Assembly: GCA_964497605.1 (NCBI GenBank) | Contig: CAZCDQ010000001.1 | Coordinates: forward strand, 1-62,717 | Source: an uncultured bacterium | GTDB taxonomy: Bacteria > Latescibacterota > Latescibacteria > Latescibacterales > Latescibacteraceae | Direction of reading: 5' to 3' | Length of the DNA: 62,717 bases | Shown here: piece by piece, positions 8,891 to 18,818 of the stretch | Layout of the letters: the number at the start of each line of letters is the position of its first letter | Position numbering within the stretch: position 1 is the first letter of the stretch | Made by a program: the position numbers and the translations under genes | Notes under the pieces: generated by a model | The model's input: only the letters and a program-made list of their open reading frames with translations | Told to the model about the DNA's origin: nothing | Database searches by the model: none

Positions 8891-10238
8891 TTAATACATT
8901 TTCGACGCGTATATGCGGTGAGCCGTCCGTTGTCGGCAGAGGACTCTGTCCGGATTTTCCGCACCCGCCAAGACCGCCGAAAAAGGTAAGATCGCTGCCG
9001 ATCATGGATACGTTGTTCAGTGTTTCGAAGACGTTGCCGGAAAGGATGACATCGCGTACCGGAACAGTGATTTTACCTTTTTCGACACGGTAAGCGTGCG
9101 CCGAACTGAACGTAAACCGTTCCAGATCGGTCATCCCGCCGATAAATCCGCAGGCGTAAATGCCCTCGCCGACACCTTCAAGCATCTCCTCGATTGACGA
9201 TTCGCCGACGTCGATATAGGTTGAGGTCATCCGCACGATGGGACTGAAAGAAGAGCTGATCGCCCGCGCGTTACCGGTAGGACGCTCGCCCATTTTACCT
9301 GCCGTTTCACGGGAATGAAGCCGTCCGGACAGGATGCCGTCACGTATCAAATATGTCTTTTCGCACCTGATACCCTCGTCGTCATAGGGGACATAACCGT
9401 TTTCGCCCTCGAGGGAGCCGTCGTCGATAATGTTGAGAAAATCAGGTCCGAATCGCCGCCCCATTTTCATCATCTCGCGTGCCTGCGGATTTTCATAAAT
9501 GAAATCTGCCTCGCTCATATGTCCGAACGCCTCATGGGCAAATACACCGGCAAGCTCCGGATCAAGTATTACCGGATACACGCCTCCGTTTACTTTTGGC
9601 GCCTTGATAAGGTCGCGTGCAACTTTGACTGCATTCTCGACGTCAGCTTCACGGTTCAGGACAGTATCGTATCCCCGCGAATCGCCAAACGATTTAAATC
9701 CCCGTTGGACATTCGCACCATCCTTTGCAGTCGCCGAAACCGACACGCCGGCTCTGACCGTTTCTTGATGGAGCATGGTGCCCTCGGATGTATGCAGCCA
9801 GACATCCTTTTTTGTATCGCGGTACATGGATTTTGTCGTAACAATTTCCTTGTCGGCGAGCATAATGTCGTTGTATTTTTTTAGAAGCTCATATTTTTCT
9901 TCGAGGGAAATGGTTGCGGGATCGATTTCCGCCGCGCTTTTCACATCCGCAACGATTTGTTCGACGGGGGCGAGCACGGTTTTTTTACCGGCGGAGATTT
10001 TTGCCAAGGTATAAGCTGTTTTCGCGCTGCGGGAAATGTCGTCGAGGGTGTTAAACGATGCGAATCCCCAGCCGCCGTTCACGCATACCCTAACACACCC
10101 GCCGAGCCTGAACGTAGTCCCAATGTCCTCGAGTGTCGGCCCCATAAAGTTGAGTACCGTCGTTTCGGAACGCTCAAGCCGTATCTCAGCATAATCGCCA
10201 CCGAGACCGGCAAGGGCTGATTTCATCACCTGTTCCAT
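8883..10238 (-). CDS. tldD: TldD family metalloprotease
   Basis: 451 aa containing HEAFGHMSEAD (the TldD HExxxH motif). Paired with the pmbA-like gene. Confidence 0.8.
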   Translation of the reverse strand: MEQVMKSALAGLGGDYAEIRLERSETTVLNFMGPTLEDIGTTFRLGGCVRVCVNGGWGFASFNTLDDISRSAKTAYTLAKISAGKKTVLAPVEQIVADVKSAAEIDPATISLEEKYELLKKYNDIMLADKEIVTTKSMYRDTKKDVWLHTSEGTMLHQETVRAGVSVSATAKDGANVQRGFKSFGDSRGYDTVLNREADVENAVKVARDLIKAPKVNGGVYPVILDPELAGVFAHEAFGHMSEADFIYENPQAREMMKMGRRFGPDFLNIIDDGSLEGENGYVPYDDEGIRCEKTYLIRDGILSGRLHSRETAGKMGERPTGNARAISSSFSPIVRMTSTYIDVGESSIEEMLEGVGEGIYACGFIGGMTDLERFTFSSAHAYRVEKGKITVPVRDVILSGNVFETLNNVSMIGSDLTFFGGLGGCGKSGQSPLPTTDGSPHIRVENVLIG

Positions 10239-11164
10239 TAAAATCCTGTTAACGAAAAAGTAAATCTGAGGGCATCGTCAGAAACATTTCTCAGCGCCGA
10301 ATATGATATATCCGCCGTTACTTTCTCCCAGTTAAATCCGACGCCGTAAATGAGGTCCTCAAAATCGCTGTCGTTACGGTAGCCGATGCGGATTTTGAGA
10401 TAGTCGATAGTGTCGACCTGCACGCCGAGACGGACCCCATTATCGCCGTACCGGGGGAAAATGACATCGCCGACGATTGAGTAGTACTTCTTAAGCCCTG
10501 GGGCCACATCGCTGTACACGCATCCGACGCTGATATTCGAGGGAAGGTCGGTGGTTGTATTCATGAGTTTTCCCATTTTGCCGTAATTACGCCCCGAGGC
10601 GGCAAATGCCAATCCTTTGACCGGTGTGAGTATAGTAACACCAGCATCGAACGCGTATCCGTCGGCGGTTTCGTCCGACACTTTCTGAAAAAGCTTCTTG
10701 TATGTTGCGCCAAGAGCGATCCAGTCGGTTGCCATCCCAGCGTAACTGATCGATAACGCGGCATTTGTTATGCCGTAATTACCGATGGAATTTCCGTAAT
10801 CGTCGCGCCCGTCGATATCGCCGGAATCGAAAAGCTGGGCGCCGAGACCAATGGTGCCGGGATCGAGCTTTGCGGTAAAGGTCGCATATTCCTGTTTGAT
10901 GCCCTCAAGCCATTCGGTATGAGTAAATTCTGCGGTTCTCAGCTCCTGAAGCGCTATCAGGGAGGGATTCGACCAGAGAGAGGAGGAGCCGGTCATATAT
11001 GCCGTTGCGCCGCCGCCGAGAGAGGCAATAGCCGATGAGGGCGAGATACTGAGGAACGACATACCTGCGCTTCCCGACTCACTCAGATACGAATCCGGGA
11101 GAGCAGGCTGAGTAGCGAGAAAGAAAGTAAAAAATACCGGTAGAGCATATTTCATATAGTTCAC
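10238..11164 (-). CDS. PorV/PorQ-like outer-membrane beta-barrel protein (divergent copy)
   Basis: Signal peptide, alternating beta-strand pattern, N-terminal ASLGGGATAY...WSNPSLIA resembling the family GxGMGGA...NPAGLA signature, and a C-terminal aromatic residue (TGF). Confidence 0.55.
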   Translation of the reverse strand: MNYMKYALPVFFTFFLATQPALPDSYLSESGSAGMSFLSISPSSAIASLGGGATAYMTGSSSLWSNPSLIALQELRTAEFTHTEWLEGIKQEYATFTAKLDPGTIGLGAQLFDSGDIDGRDDYGNSIGNYGITNAALSISYAGMATDWIALGATYKKLFQKVSDETADGYAFDAGVTILTPVKGLAFAASGRNYGKMGKLMNTTTDLPSNISVGCVYSDVAPGLKKYYSIVGDVIFPRYGDNGVRLGVQVDTIDYLKIRIGYRNDSDFEDLIYGVGFNWEKVTADISYSALRNVSDDALRFTFSLTGF

Positions 11165-11169
11165 GTTAT

Positions 11170-12177
11170 CTATTCTCCATAGTTCAGGAATAAGGATGCT
11201 ACATGCAGCGAATCGTTACCGAAATCATTCGGCACATACGCGTAATCGAATCCGACTGTTCCGGTAACGTTTAAGGTTAAACCGAATGTCGGCGAACCGG
11301 TGTCGATTTCATCCGAGGACGTATAGTTATAATAACCGGTTCGAAGTGTGATTCTATCGTGCAGCACATAGGAGGCGCCGAGATTGAGTCCGGCAGGATT
11401 ATCCTCGACATTTTCAAGCGTCAAAGAGAATAGCAGCCTGTCCATATACGCACGGTATGCGACGCCAAATGTGTAATAGATCGGGAATGAGTCGTCTTTC
11501 TGCAGCGGCTGCGAATCTGAACCCGAAATTGTCTTCTTCCATCGCTGCGATTCCCACCTGAAACGGCTTTTAATATCTCGGATAACGAACGATACCGCCA
11601 ATTTCTCCACCGGTCTGACAATAGCGCCGAGATCAAATCCGAACGTGCGGGCATCCTCGCTGTCGAGTTTCCATAAAACGAGCTTGGTATTCAGTCCGAA
11701 TGAAACCATTTCATTCACTGTTTTCGAAAATGTAAGCGAAACTGCGTTGCGTTTGTCTTCGAGTTGATGGGTAATATTACCGTTGAGGTCGCGGCCGGTT
11801 ATACCGTCCGTCCCCGCCTGAATCCATGAAAACGCAAAATCGGCATCGGGCCCGATACGGCTGCCGTACATTACATTGACAAACCGCCTGTCCATGTTGA
11901 GATACCGCCATGAGACCGAGAGCTGACGGCTTTCCATCGCCGCAAGACCGGCGGGATTGAAATAGGCGCTGTATATATCCCCCTCGACCGCCGAATAGGC
12001 GTTACCCATTCCCATTGCACGTGCACCGGCGCCCATACGCAGAAACTCGCCGGGCCAGGCCTTATATTCCTCCGCATCGGCGGGCAGGGCGGGAGAAACC
12101 AATAAGAACGCTGTTATAACCAAAAGAAAAACTGCTGACGATACCGCCCGGTCAGTCCAAAACCATAATTTTCCCAC
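11170..12177 (-). CDS. PorV/PorQ family outer-membrane beta-barrel protein
   Basis: The signature GAGARAMGMGNAYSAVEGDIYSAYFNPAGLA follows a signal peptide. 335 aa with a beta-barrel-like pattern. Confidence 0.7.
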   Translation of the reverse strand: MGKLWFWTDRAVSSAVFLLVITAFLLVSPALPADAEEYKAWPGEFLRMGAGARAMGMGNAYSAVEGDIYSAYFNPAGLAAMESRQLSVSWRYLNMDRRFVNVMYGSRIGPDADFAFSWIQAGTDGITGRDLNGNITHQLEDKRNAVSLTFSKTVNEMVSFGLNTKLVLWKLDSEDARTFGFDLGAIVRPVEKLAVSFVIRDIKSRFRWESQRWKKTISGSDSQPLQKDDSFPIYYTFGVAYRAYMDRLLFSLTLENVEDNPAGLNLGASYVLHDRITLRTGYYNYTSSDEIDTGSPTFGLTLNVTGTVGFDYAYVPNDFGNDSLHVASLFLNYGE

Positions 12178-13735
12178 GTGCGGAATCTCCCTCGTTTGTA
12201 TTTATAATGTAAAAGTATACGCCGTTTGGTACGATTTCGCCGCTTCCGTCCGTACCGTTCCAGACCTCCTGATAATCCCGTCCGCCGCTCCGGTTTTCGT
12301 CGATGAGAAGCTCTTGAACGAGTTTGCCGGAATAACTGTATATCCTGATCGTGACATTCGCGTCATTTTCGAGAGCATACTGGATACGTGTCCGTGAGTA
12401 ATCCTTATGTGCGCGTTTCGGTGAGAATGGATTGGGGAACGCATAGGTCTTTAGATGCCCCTCGAGTGTGTCGTATTCGGAGGAAATACCGATATTCCGG
12501 TTCCCCGTATCAATTGACTCAACACGGGTAATGCCTTTGAATATCTCCCAAGTCTCACCCCAGTCTTTCGACCGCGCTGCGCCGTCCGAACTGGTAACCC
12601 AAAGCTCGTCTCCGGCAACCACAACCGAGGATATCGAGGCGTCGTCATCCCAGTATAGGTCGTCCGACGCACGTATCTCAATATCACTCCAGGTATCGCC
12701 GTGGTCGTAAGAGACCATAAGGCCAGCGCCAGTGGCGGCATAAACCGTTTTTTCGCTCACGCTGTCGTCGGATGCGGTGTTGTGTCCGAATGCAAAATTC
12801 CATGCGCTTTCAGAGGGATCGAGTTCGATTTTGTATTCCCATGTCTGACCGTTGTCGGAGGTCACGCAGATACCGTATTTACCGAGCCCGGTGTAGATAT
12901 ACTCACGCGACGCCACCCAAACATAGGTTTTGCCATCCACAACCTGATGTTCGACTGCCACAGCGAAATCGCCGGGATATTCCGTTTCCGTGGAACCGTC
13001 CTCCGGCCAGGAAAAATTCGTCCAGGATTCTCCACCATCGAAACTGGCGTTCATACCGTCAAACGTGCCGACCCATACGGTATCGCCGTAGACGTCCACA
13101 CATTGACCGTGATAATTTTCCTCGCCGAATTTATTCTCGAGCGAATCGGGAATGTTGGTGGGAAGAAATGTGCTCCATGTAAATCCCAGATCGTCGGTTT
13201 TCAGCAGAAATCCTGTCGTCGTCGAACACCAGACCGACCCGTTATCCAAAACGATATCATATGTATTTGTATAAATTCCCGGCGGATCGAGGACTGCACG
13301 CTCAGGGAAAATGTCTTCTATCTTTACATGACGCCAAATATTGCCGCCGTCGGTTGAAAATGAAAAACCGTCACCCACCGGATAATTTGTATCGTTGATT
13401 GTCGACGAGTATCTCCATGCGACGATAAGTGTATCGCCGGATACGTGTATCGCCGAGATTGAACCTTTGCCGAAACCGTCCATATCCTTGTAGGTTATCC
13501 AGTCAGCAAGGGAATATCCATCACCGACAACCTTGACGAGTGCGCCGGAGCCCTCAATCCATAATGTGCCGTTGTCCCACGCAAGCTCACCGAGATCATT
13601 CGCACCGAGGCCGGTGGACAGGGCTTCGATTTTTTCCGTATCTTCTTCTGCAGCCTTGAGGACAGGAACGATTATCACCGCAACAGTGAGCAGTGCGAAC
13701 AATATTTTAAGTTTTTCGTTCAAATTGTACTCCAT
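12152..13735 (-). CDS. Secreted BNR/sortilin-like beta-propeller protein with T9SS/FlgD-Ig-like C-terminal sorting domain
   Basis: Signal peptide and repeated S.D.G.TW motifs (FSTDGGNIW, TDDLGFTW, FDGGESW, SDNGQTW, YDHGDTW, SKDWGETW). The C-terminal ~90 aa start at PNPF and end ...NGVYFYIINTNEGDSARGKIMVLD. Confidence 0.75.
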   Translation of the reverse strand: MEYNLNEKLKILFALLTVAVIIVPVLKAAEEDTEKIEALSTGLGANDLGELAWDNGTLWIEGSGALVKVVGDGYSLADWITYKDMDGFGKGSISAIHVSGDTLIVAWRYSSTINDTNYPVGDGFSFSTDGGNIWRHVKIEDIFPERAVLDPPGIYTNTYDIVLDNGSVWCSTTTGFLLKTDDLGFTWSTFLPTNIPDSLENKFGEENYHGQCVDVYGDTVWVGTFDGMNASFDGGESWTNFSWPEDGSTETEYPGDFAVAVEHQVVDGKTYVWVASREYIYTGLGKYGICVTSDNGQTWEYKIELDPSESAWNFAFGHNTASDDSVSEKTVYAATGAGLMVSYDHGDTWSDIEIRASDDLYWDDDASISSVVVAGDELWVTSSDGAARSKDWGETWEIFKGITRVESIDTGNRNIGISSEYDTLEGHLKTYAFPNPFSPKRAHKDYSRTRIQYALENDANVTIRIYSYSGKLVQELLIDENRSGGRDYQEVWNGTDGSGEIVPNGVYFYIINTNEGDSARGKIMVLD

Positions 13736-13836
13736 TAGTTGAAGTATATATTAAATAATACCTTTATAGGCATCTTGAGACATTACAGAACCTTGCGACG
13801 TGCATAATCCGAATAACGTAATAAAGGACCGAACGC

Positions 13837-15762
13837 TTACTGCGAGATGACAATGGTCTGGCCGGGCTTAATTTTACGATGATCTTTTATTTGATTGATT
13901 TCCATAATCCGTTGATGTGATACTCCATATTTCTGGCCGATTTCGTACAATGTATCGTTCTTTTTCACGACATACGAGATTCTGGCATTGCCGATCGGTT
14001 CTGCAGTACGCTGTGTTTGAGCAGTCGATGTATTGTCGGTATTCTTCGGGATGAGAAGACGGCGGCCCACATAAATTCTTGTCCGGGTTCCCATATTATT
14101 AAGCGCCTGAAGGGTCCGGATGGTTGTGCCATTCCGTTCCGCGATTTTTCCGAGCGTATCGCCTCGACGAATGGTGTAGCCGACCGCATCGGCACGCGAG
14201 ACGTTGAACGTCTGTTGCGCGGATGATGTTGAGGAGGCGATTAGGTTAATTGTCTGCCCGACCCGGAGCCGGTTGATATTTGTGACCTGCGGATTGAGAT
14301 CACGAAGGCGGGCCATGGAGGTGCGGAATTTGTCGGCGATACCGGAGAATGTGTCGCCGCGCCTTACACGGTATGTCGTCACCTGCGGCGGAACGTATTT
14401 TTCAACCGGAAGCTTGGCGAATTCGGTTGTAAAAGTCTCGCCGTTGCCTTTCGGAACTCGTAGTTCGTAAGTTTCCACATTCATCGGGACACGGTCGGTG
14501 AGTAGTTCTGGGTTGAGTTCTTTCAGTGTTGCGACATCGCATCCGGCACATTTCGCTGCGGTGTTCAGGTTGGTGTAGCCGTAGACCTCGACCGTATCGA
14601 ACTCGAATGGGGGTTCTTTTTCGATATTGTCGAACCCGAACAGTTCGGGGGCCTTTGCAATGACAACCGCGGCCATAAACGACGGTACATAATTCCGTGT
14701 TTCACGGGGCAGGGAAAGGTCCCAAAACTCTATGTTTTCAGTCTGCCGAAGCTGTCGTCTGATTCGCAGGGGTCCGCTGTTGTACATCGCCATGACAATA
14801 TTCCAGTCGTCGGAGGATTTATACAGGTCGTTCAGATGGCGTGCCGCAGCACGGGTTGCTTTTATGGGATCGCGTCGTTCGTCGATCCATTGGTTACGGT
14901 CGAGACCGTAGATTTTTCCGGTGGAATACATGAACTGCCAGAGACCGACTGCACGGGCTCTTGAATAAGCGCGCGGACTAAATCCGCTTTCTATCATCGA
15001 CAGGTAGACCATATCCAGCGGAATACCCTCCTCGGCCAGAATCTCCTGCATCATCGGGATAAAACGCCCGCTTCGTCTCATCCATTTAGCCATATCGTCA
15101 CGCCCGTTGTTCTGAAAATAATAGATCATGTTTCTGACCTGTTTGTTGAACTCAATGGGGATATCGGCGGTGACCGCAATTTTCAGCACAATCTTTTGAA
15201 GTTCATCGTCTGTCCATTGGCCTGATTTAAATTGCTCGGCGTTAACTTCAGAAAGCCAAGCCATTGGATCTTCCTCGGCGATAATGGATGATTCGTGCAG
15301 TATTTTGCCCAATTCCTGCGCGACAATAATTGCGGCGTCTTTGAATCTCATAACCATCGATTCGTCCTCGATCACGACAAGATCGACTTCCTGTAATAAC
15401 AGAATAGCATCTTCGATCTTTGTCTCGGCCAATCCGAGATTTCCGTCCGCATGAGCGGCAATTGCCTCTTCATAACAAATATAAATATCCTCAAGAATCT
15501 TCTGCTCTACCTCATACTGCGCGGCCTGATCGATAGAGACCGGCGCTTCCCCCGAATCGTCTACGGGGATTGCGAGCGTTTCGGCAGCGGTGTGTTCGGT
15601 CTCTGACACATTTTGAACGGCCATATCGGTTTCGGTCTGTTTTTGAGTCTGGGCGCCGAAACGCTGTTTAAAATAAGCCGTATCGCATCCGGCAAAAAGA
15701 ATAAATGCTACTGTGAGAACACATGAAATCGATTTTGAGCTGATAATAGTTGTCCCTTTCAA
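13837..15762 (-). CDS. MltD-like lytic transglycosylase lipoprotein with three LysM domains
   Basis: SLT core (MIESGFSPRAYSRARAVGLWQFM...YNSGP). Three C-terminal LysM repeats (YRVRRGDTFSGIA, YTIRRGDTLGKIA, YVVKKNDTLYEIG). Start reassigned to the TTG at 15762, which is preceded by AAGGAAGG and gives a signal peptide plus lipobox LFAGC. The long ORF start at 15852 would overlap the SPOR gene. Confidence 0.8.
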   Translation of the reverse strand: MKGTTIISSKSISCVLTVAFILFAGCDTAYFKQRFGAQTQKQTETDMAVQNVSETEHTAAETLAIPVDDSGEAPVSIDQAAQYEVEQKILEDIYICYEEAIAAHADGNLGLAETKIEDAILLLQEVDLVVIEDESMVMRFKDAAIIVAQELGKILHESSIIAEEDPMAWLSEVNAEQFKSGQWTDDELQKIVLKIAVTADIPIEFNKQVRNMIYYFQNNGRDDMAKWMRRSGRFIPMMQEILAEEGIPLDMVYLSMIESGFSPRAYSRARAVGLWQFMYSTGKIYGLDRNQWIDERRDPIKATRAAARHLNDLYKSSDDWNIVMAMYNSGPLRIRRQLRQTENIEFWDLSLPRETRNYVPSFMAAVVIAKAPELFGFDNIEKEPPFEFDTVEVYGYTNLNTAAKCAGCDVATLKELNPELLTDRVPMNVETYELRVPKGNGETFTTEFAKLPVEKYVPPQVTTYRVRRGDTFSGIADKFRTSMARLRDLNPQVTNINRLRVGQTINLIASSTSSAQQTFNVSRADAVGYTIRRGDTLGKIAERNGTTIRTLQALNNMGTRTRIYVGRRLLIPKNTDNTSTAQTQRTAEPIGNARISYVVKKNDTLYEIGQKYGVSHQRIMEINQIKDHRKIKPGQTIVISQ

Positions 15763-15779
15763 ATCCTGCCTTCCTTTGG

Positions 15780-16325
15780 TTATTGAGTATTGATACTTGA
15801 AAACACCAAATTTGCATCGCTGAATCGTTTTTCCTTCATAATCTTCACACATTCCTCGGCTTCGCTCCGGTTGGTGAAATCTCCGACTCGAACTCTGTAT
15901 AACGGAGGATGATATTCAATATAGACCGGCAGTTCTGTTTTCCTGCGGGCGAGTTCGGCAAGTTTATCGGCGTTTGCACGCTCTTGAAACGTACCAATCT
16001 GTACGCGATATCCCGTTCTAACAACTTCCGGTTTATCGGTTCCGGGCATGTTCGTTTCACGGGGTGTACGGGGCATATTATTGCCGGGGGACGATATCGT
16101 TTCACGTTGCATTGTATTTGTTTCGCTTCGCGGACCGCCGGTTTCGGTATCGATATCATCCGCAGTCGAAATCAGAAATTCATCACCGTAATCGAATGGA
16201 TCGATATTGTCGCCGAAATCCTCTGCAGGTGAACGCTGCATATGCGCAGTACCCGAACTGCAACCGGTGAAACATACACAAATAACAGTAATCGACGCAA
16301 GTATTACGTAAAAAAATCTGTTCAT
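15780..16325 (-). CDS. SPOR domain-containing lipoprotein
   Basis: Lipoprotein signal (FTGCSSG). The C-terminal SPOR pattern is YRVQIGTFQERANADKLA...YRVRVGDFTNRSEAE. Confidence 0.75.
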   Translation of the reverse strand: MNRFFYVILASITVICVCFTGCSSGTAHMQRSPAEDFGDNIDPFDYGDEFLISTADDIDTETGGPRSETNTMQRETISSPGNNMPRTPRETNMPGTDKPEVVRTGYRVQIGTFQERANADKLAELARRKTELPVYIEYHPPLYRVRVGDFTNRSEAEECVKIMKEKRFSDANLVFSSINTQ

Positions 16326-17704
16326 TGTATCACTCCGGTCGAATATTTTTCAAGGTTGGTCGAAATACTGCCGATTGTCACTTTACTTTTCATTTTTACC
16401 GGCAATTTCAGATTGTCGCAGGTGAGCCAGATGGTAAGCTTTCCTTTCTGTCTAAATATTCCTTCGGATTTAAGGATTGGTTCTACCACATAACACTCGA
16501 ATTTTCCTGCCGGTACTTTCACAGTCTCAATTTTATGAATGACCACATCCAAGGGATAGACTTTTCCGTCGGCATATACGTCGATGACCTCATCCCTCCC
16601 AACTTCCAAATCATGAGTACGAAGGATATACAGTGAACTCAGGATGTCCTGTGTAAAAAGCGGTATTTCTGTGACCGCGTGTTTTTCCACGGTATTGAGC
16701 GCTAATCTCCGGTTCGGATAGAAATCTACAATTCTGTCCGATCTATAACTCCCTTCGCGCAGTTTTTTTTCGAACCGCCTCGAAAACAATCCCTCATAAT
16801 CTATATAAGAGTTGACACTGTCACTGACAGGATAAAACGCCGAAATGAATGCATTTGAAACTGCCACCGTGCGGATATGATAACATTCGGCGCCATTCGC
16901 CTGGACTACTCCGAGTACCGACATGGTTGCCGTGCCCGCACTGTAAAAACCGTAGTCGATTGAGAAAGTCAGCTTTTCGCCGGGCTCCCATGCATTATTA
17001 TCCATGGTCCGTTTATCGAACGGTTTATAGGGATATTTTTCGGCGATTTCCTCGGTGAGTTCGCGCCGCACCCGGTGCGAATCCGGCCAGCTTCGCTCAG
17101 GGATACCGACAACATATTCCGAAATTTTCCCGAAATCGGAAACCGAGTATTCGTCGAATCCTTTATATTTCGAAAGAGGTGTATCAACCGCTGCGATTTT
17201 CACCTGTGGTTTTTGAGCATTTTCGGTATCCGCAGCGGGTATTATCTCATCCTTTTCGGTTGGCTGTTCAGGTGTATCGGTCAACTTAGCTGGTTTCTCC
17301 GTTTCGGGTATATTAGACAATACGGCTGCTTGTTTTTCGGATTCGGCGGGCGGTACCTCATCAGGCATGTCCTCAACGACACTGTTTGCTGTTTCTGAAG
17401 AGGCGTCTGAGGATTCGGGTACACGTTCAGCAGAGGCCGTATTTTCGGCGGAATCGGCAGATATATCGACGGACGTATCGTCGGACACCGGCGTTTCGGG
17501 TTCATGTACGGTGACCGGAATGTTTTCTTTTAATTCGGAAATTTCGGGTGGGGGAGATTGAATGCTATCGGTTCGAACCGTCGTTTCTTTAGGTTTTTCA
17601 GGAGCCGCATCCGCAGGAAAACGATCATTTTTTGCAGCAGTTAACCATATAACCGCTGCTGAGATTATAAGAAATACAAATAATATCAATACAAATTTTT
17701 TCAT
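16322..17704 (-). CDS. DUF3108 domain-containing protein with a long acidic disordered N-terminal spacer
   Basis: N-terminal TM or signal segment, about 170 aa of P/E/T/S/D-rich low-complexity sequence, then a DUF3108-like core (GEKLTFSIDYGFYSAGTATMSV...QDILSSLYILR...LTIWLTCDNLKLPV). Confidence 0.7.
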   Translation of the reverse strand: MKKFVLILFVFLIISAAVIWLTAAKNDRFPADAAPEKPKETTVRTDSIQSPPPEISELKENIPVTVHEPETPVSDDTSVDISADSAENTASAERVPESSDASSETANSVVEDMPDEVPPAESEKQAAVLSNIPETEKPAKLTDTPEQPTEKDEIIPAADTENAQKPQVKIAAVDTPLSKYKGFDEYSVSDFGKISEYVVGIPERSWPDSHRVRRELTEEIAEKYPYKPFDKRTMDNNAWEPGEKLTFSIDYGFYSAGTATMSVLGVVQANGAECYHIRTVAVSNAFISAFYPVSDSVNSYIDYEGLFSRRFEKKLREGSYRSDRIVDFYPNRRLALNTVEKHAVTEIPLFTQDILSSLYILRTHDLEVGRDEVIDVYADGKVYPLDVVIHKIETVKVPAGKFECYVVEPILKSEGIFRQKGKLTIWLTCDNLKLPVKMKSKVTIGSISTNLEKYSTGVIQ

Positions 17705-17723
17705 TGATACGGTGACCTTTTAA

Positions 17724-18818
17724 TCAAGCACACAATTCCTGATACACGTCGAGTGTTTTTAAAATTGTGTTTTCGATTGTATTCTGTTTAAGGATATCGG
17801 TCGAACGCATTCCCATTTTTTCAATTTTTTCAGGCGATTCGATCAGCGTGTTCAGCCGTTCCGCAAAAGATATGTGATCGTTGACCGGAACGATATATCC
17901 GTTGATACCGTCTTGTACAAGTTCCGGTATTCCGCCTGCGCGCGTTGCCACAACGGGCAAAGAAAAATACATGGCATCGAGAATTGACGTGCACAATCCT
18001 TCCTCCTCGGAGGATATGGCAAAAATATCCGAGGCCCTGAACACCGAGCCAACATCCTCGACGAATCCCAACAGAGCGACCGATTCGTCGATAGCAAGGT
18101 TTTTTATGTGACGTTCGATTTCTGCGCGCAAATCACCCTCTCCGGCAAAAATAAACCTGACATCGGGATGCTTTTCAAGTACCAGTTTTGCCGCTTTCAG
18201 CATAACAAAATGCGCTTTATGAGGCACGAGCGCCGCCACTGTGGAGACGACCGTCGCATTATCGGGAATATCGAGCTGCGCTCTAAGGGACGTCCCGATT
18301 TCGTTATCCTCGAAAGTGCCGGGAACAAAACCGCTTTTAATTGGAATTATACTATCGGGATCGATGCCGTCCTCGATAAGAATCTCTTTGATTGCAGCGG
18401 AAACCGAAATAATCTTATCGACCCGCGCGCCGTATTTGATTTTTCTACTGAGATACGACCTGATATGAAAATCGACACGACGAGATACGACCAATTTGCA
18501 CGAACCTATCCCGATTAGCGCTATCAACGCGATGGTATGGGCATGTGAGGTATGCGTATGCAGAATGTCGATTTTTTTCTCCCTGACAAACGACCGCAGT
18601 TCAAGTGCCGAGAATATATCCCATTCCCCGCGCAGGGGAAGCTCGACCATTTCAATGCCGGATTTTGACGCATGGGCGGCGATTTCGCTTTTAGGTTTGC
18701 AGAAAAGGATGTTATTCTGACCGAGCCTGTTCAGCCCTTTGATAAGCTCTATCACCTGTCGCTGTCCGCCTCGCCACGATACATGCGTGTCAATATGACC
18801 GACCGTCAGTGATTTCAT
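17724..18818 (-). CDS. Glycosyltransferase family 4 (GT-B, GT1-type)
   Basis: [31 protein letters not shown] (E-x7-E region) in a 364-aa protein. Confidence 0.85.
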   Translation of the reverse strand: MKSLTVGHIDTHVSWRGGQRQVIELIKGLNRLGQNNILFCKPKSEIAAHASKSGIEMVELPLRGEWDIFSALELRSFVREKKIDILHTHTSHAHTIALIALIGIGSCKLVVSRRVDFHIRSYLSRKIKYGARVDKIISVSAAIKEILIEDGIDPDSIIPIKSGFVPGTFEDNEIGTSLRAQLDIPDNATVVSTVAALVPHKAHFVMLKAAKLVLEKHPDVRFIFAGEGDLRAEIERHIKNLAIDESVALLGFVEDVGSVFRASDIFAISSEEEGLCTSILDAMYFSLPVVATRAGGIPELVQDGINGYIVPVNDHISFAERLNTLIESPEKIEKMGMRSTDILKQNTIENTILKTLDVYQELCA

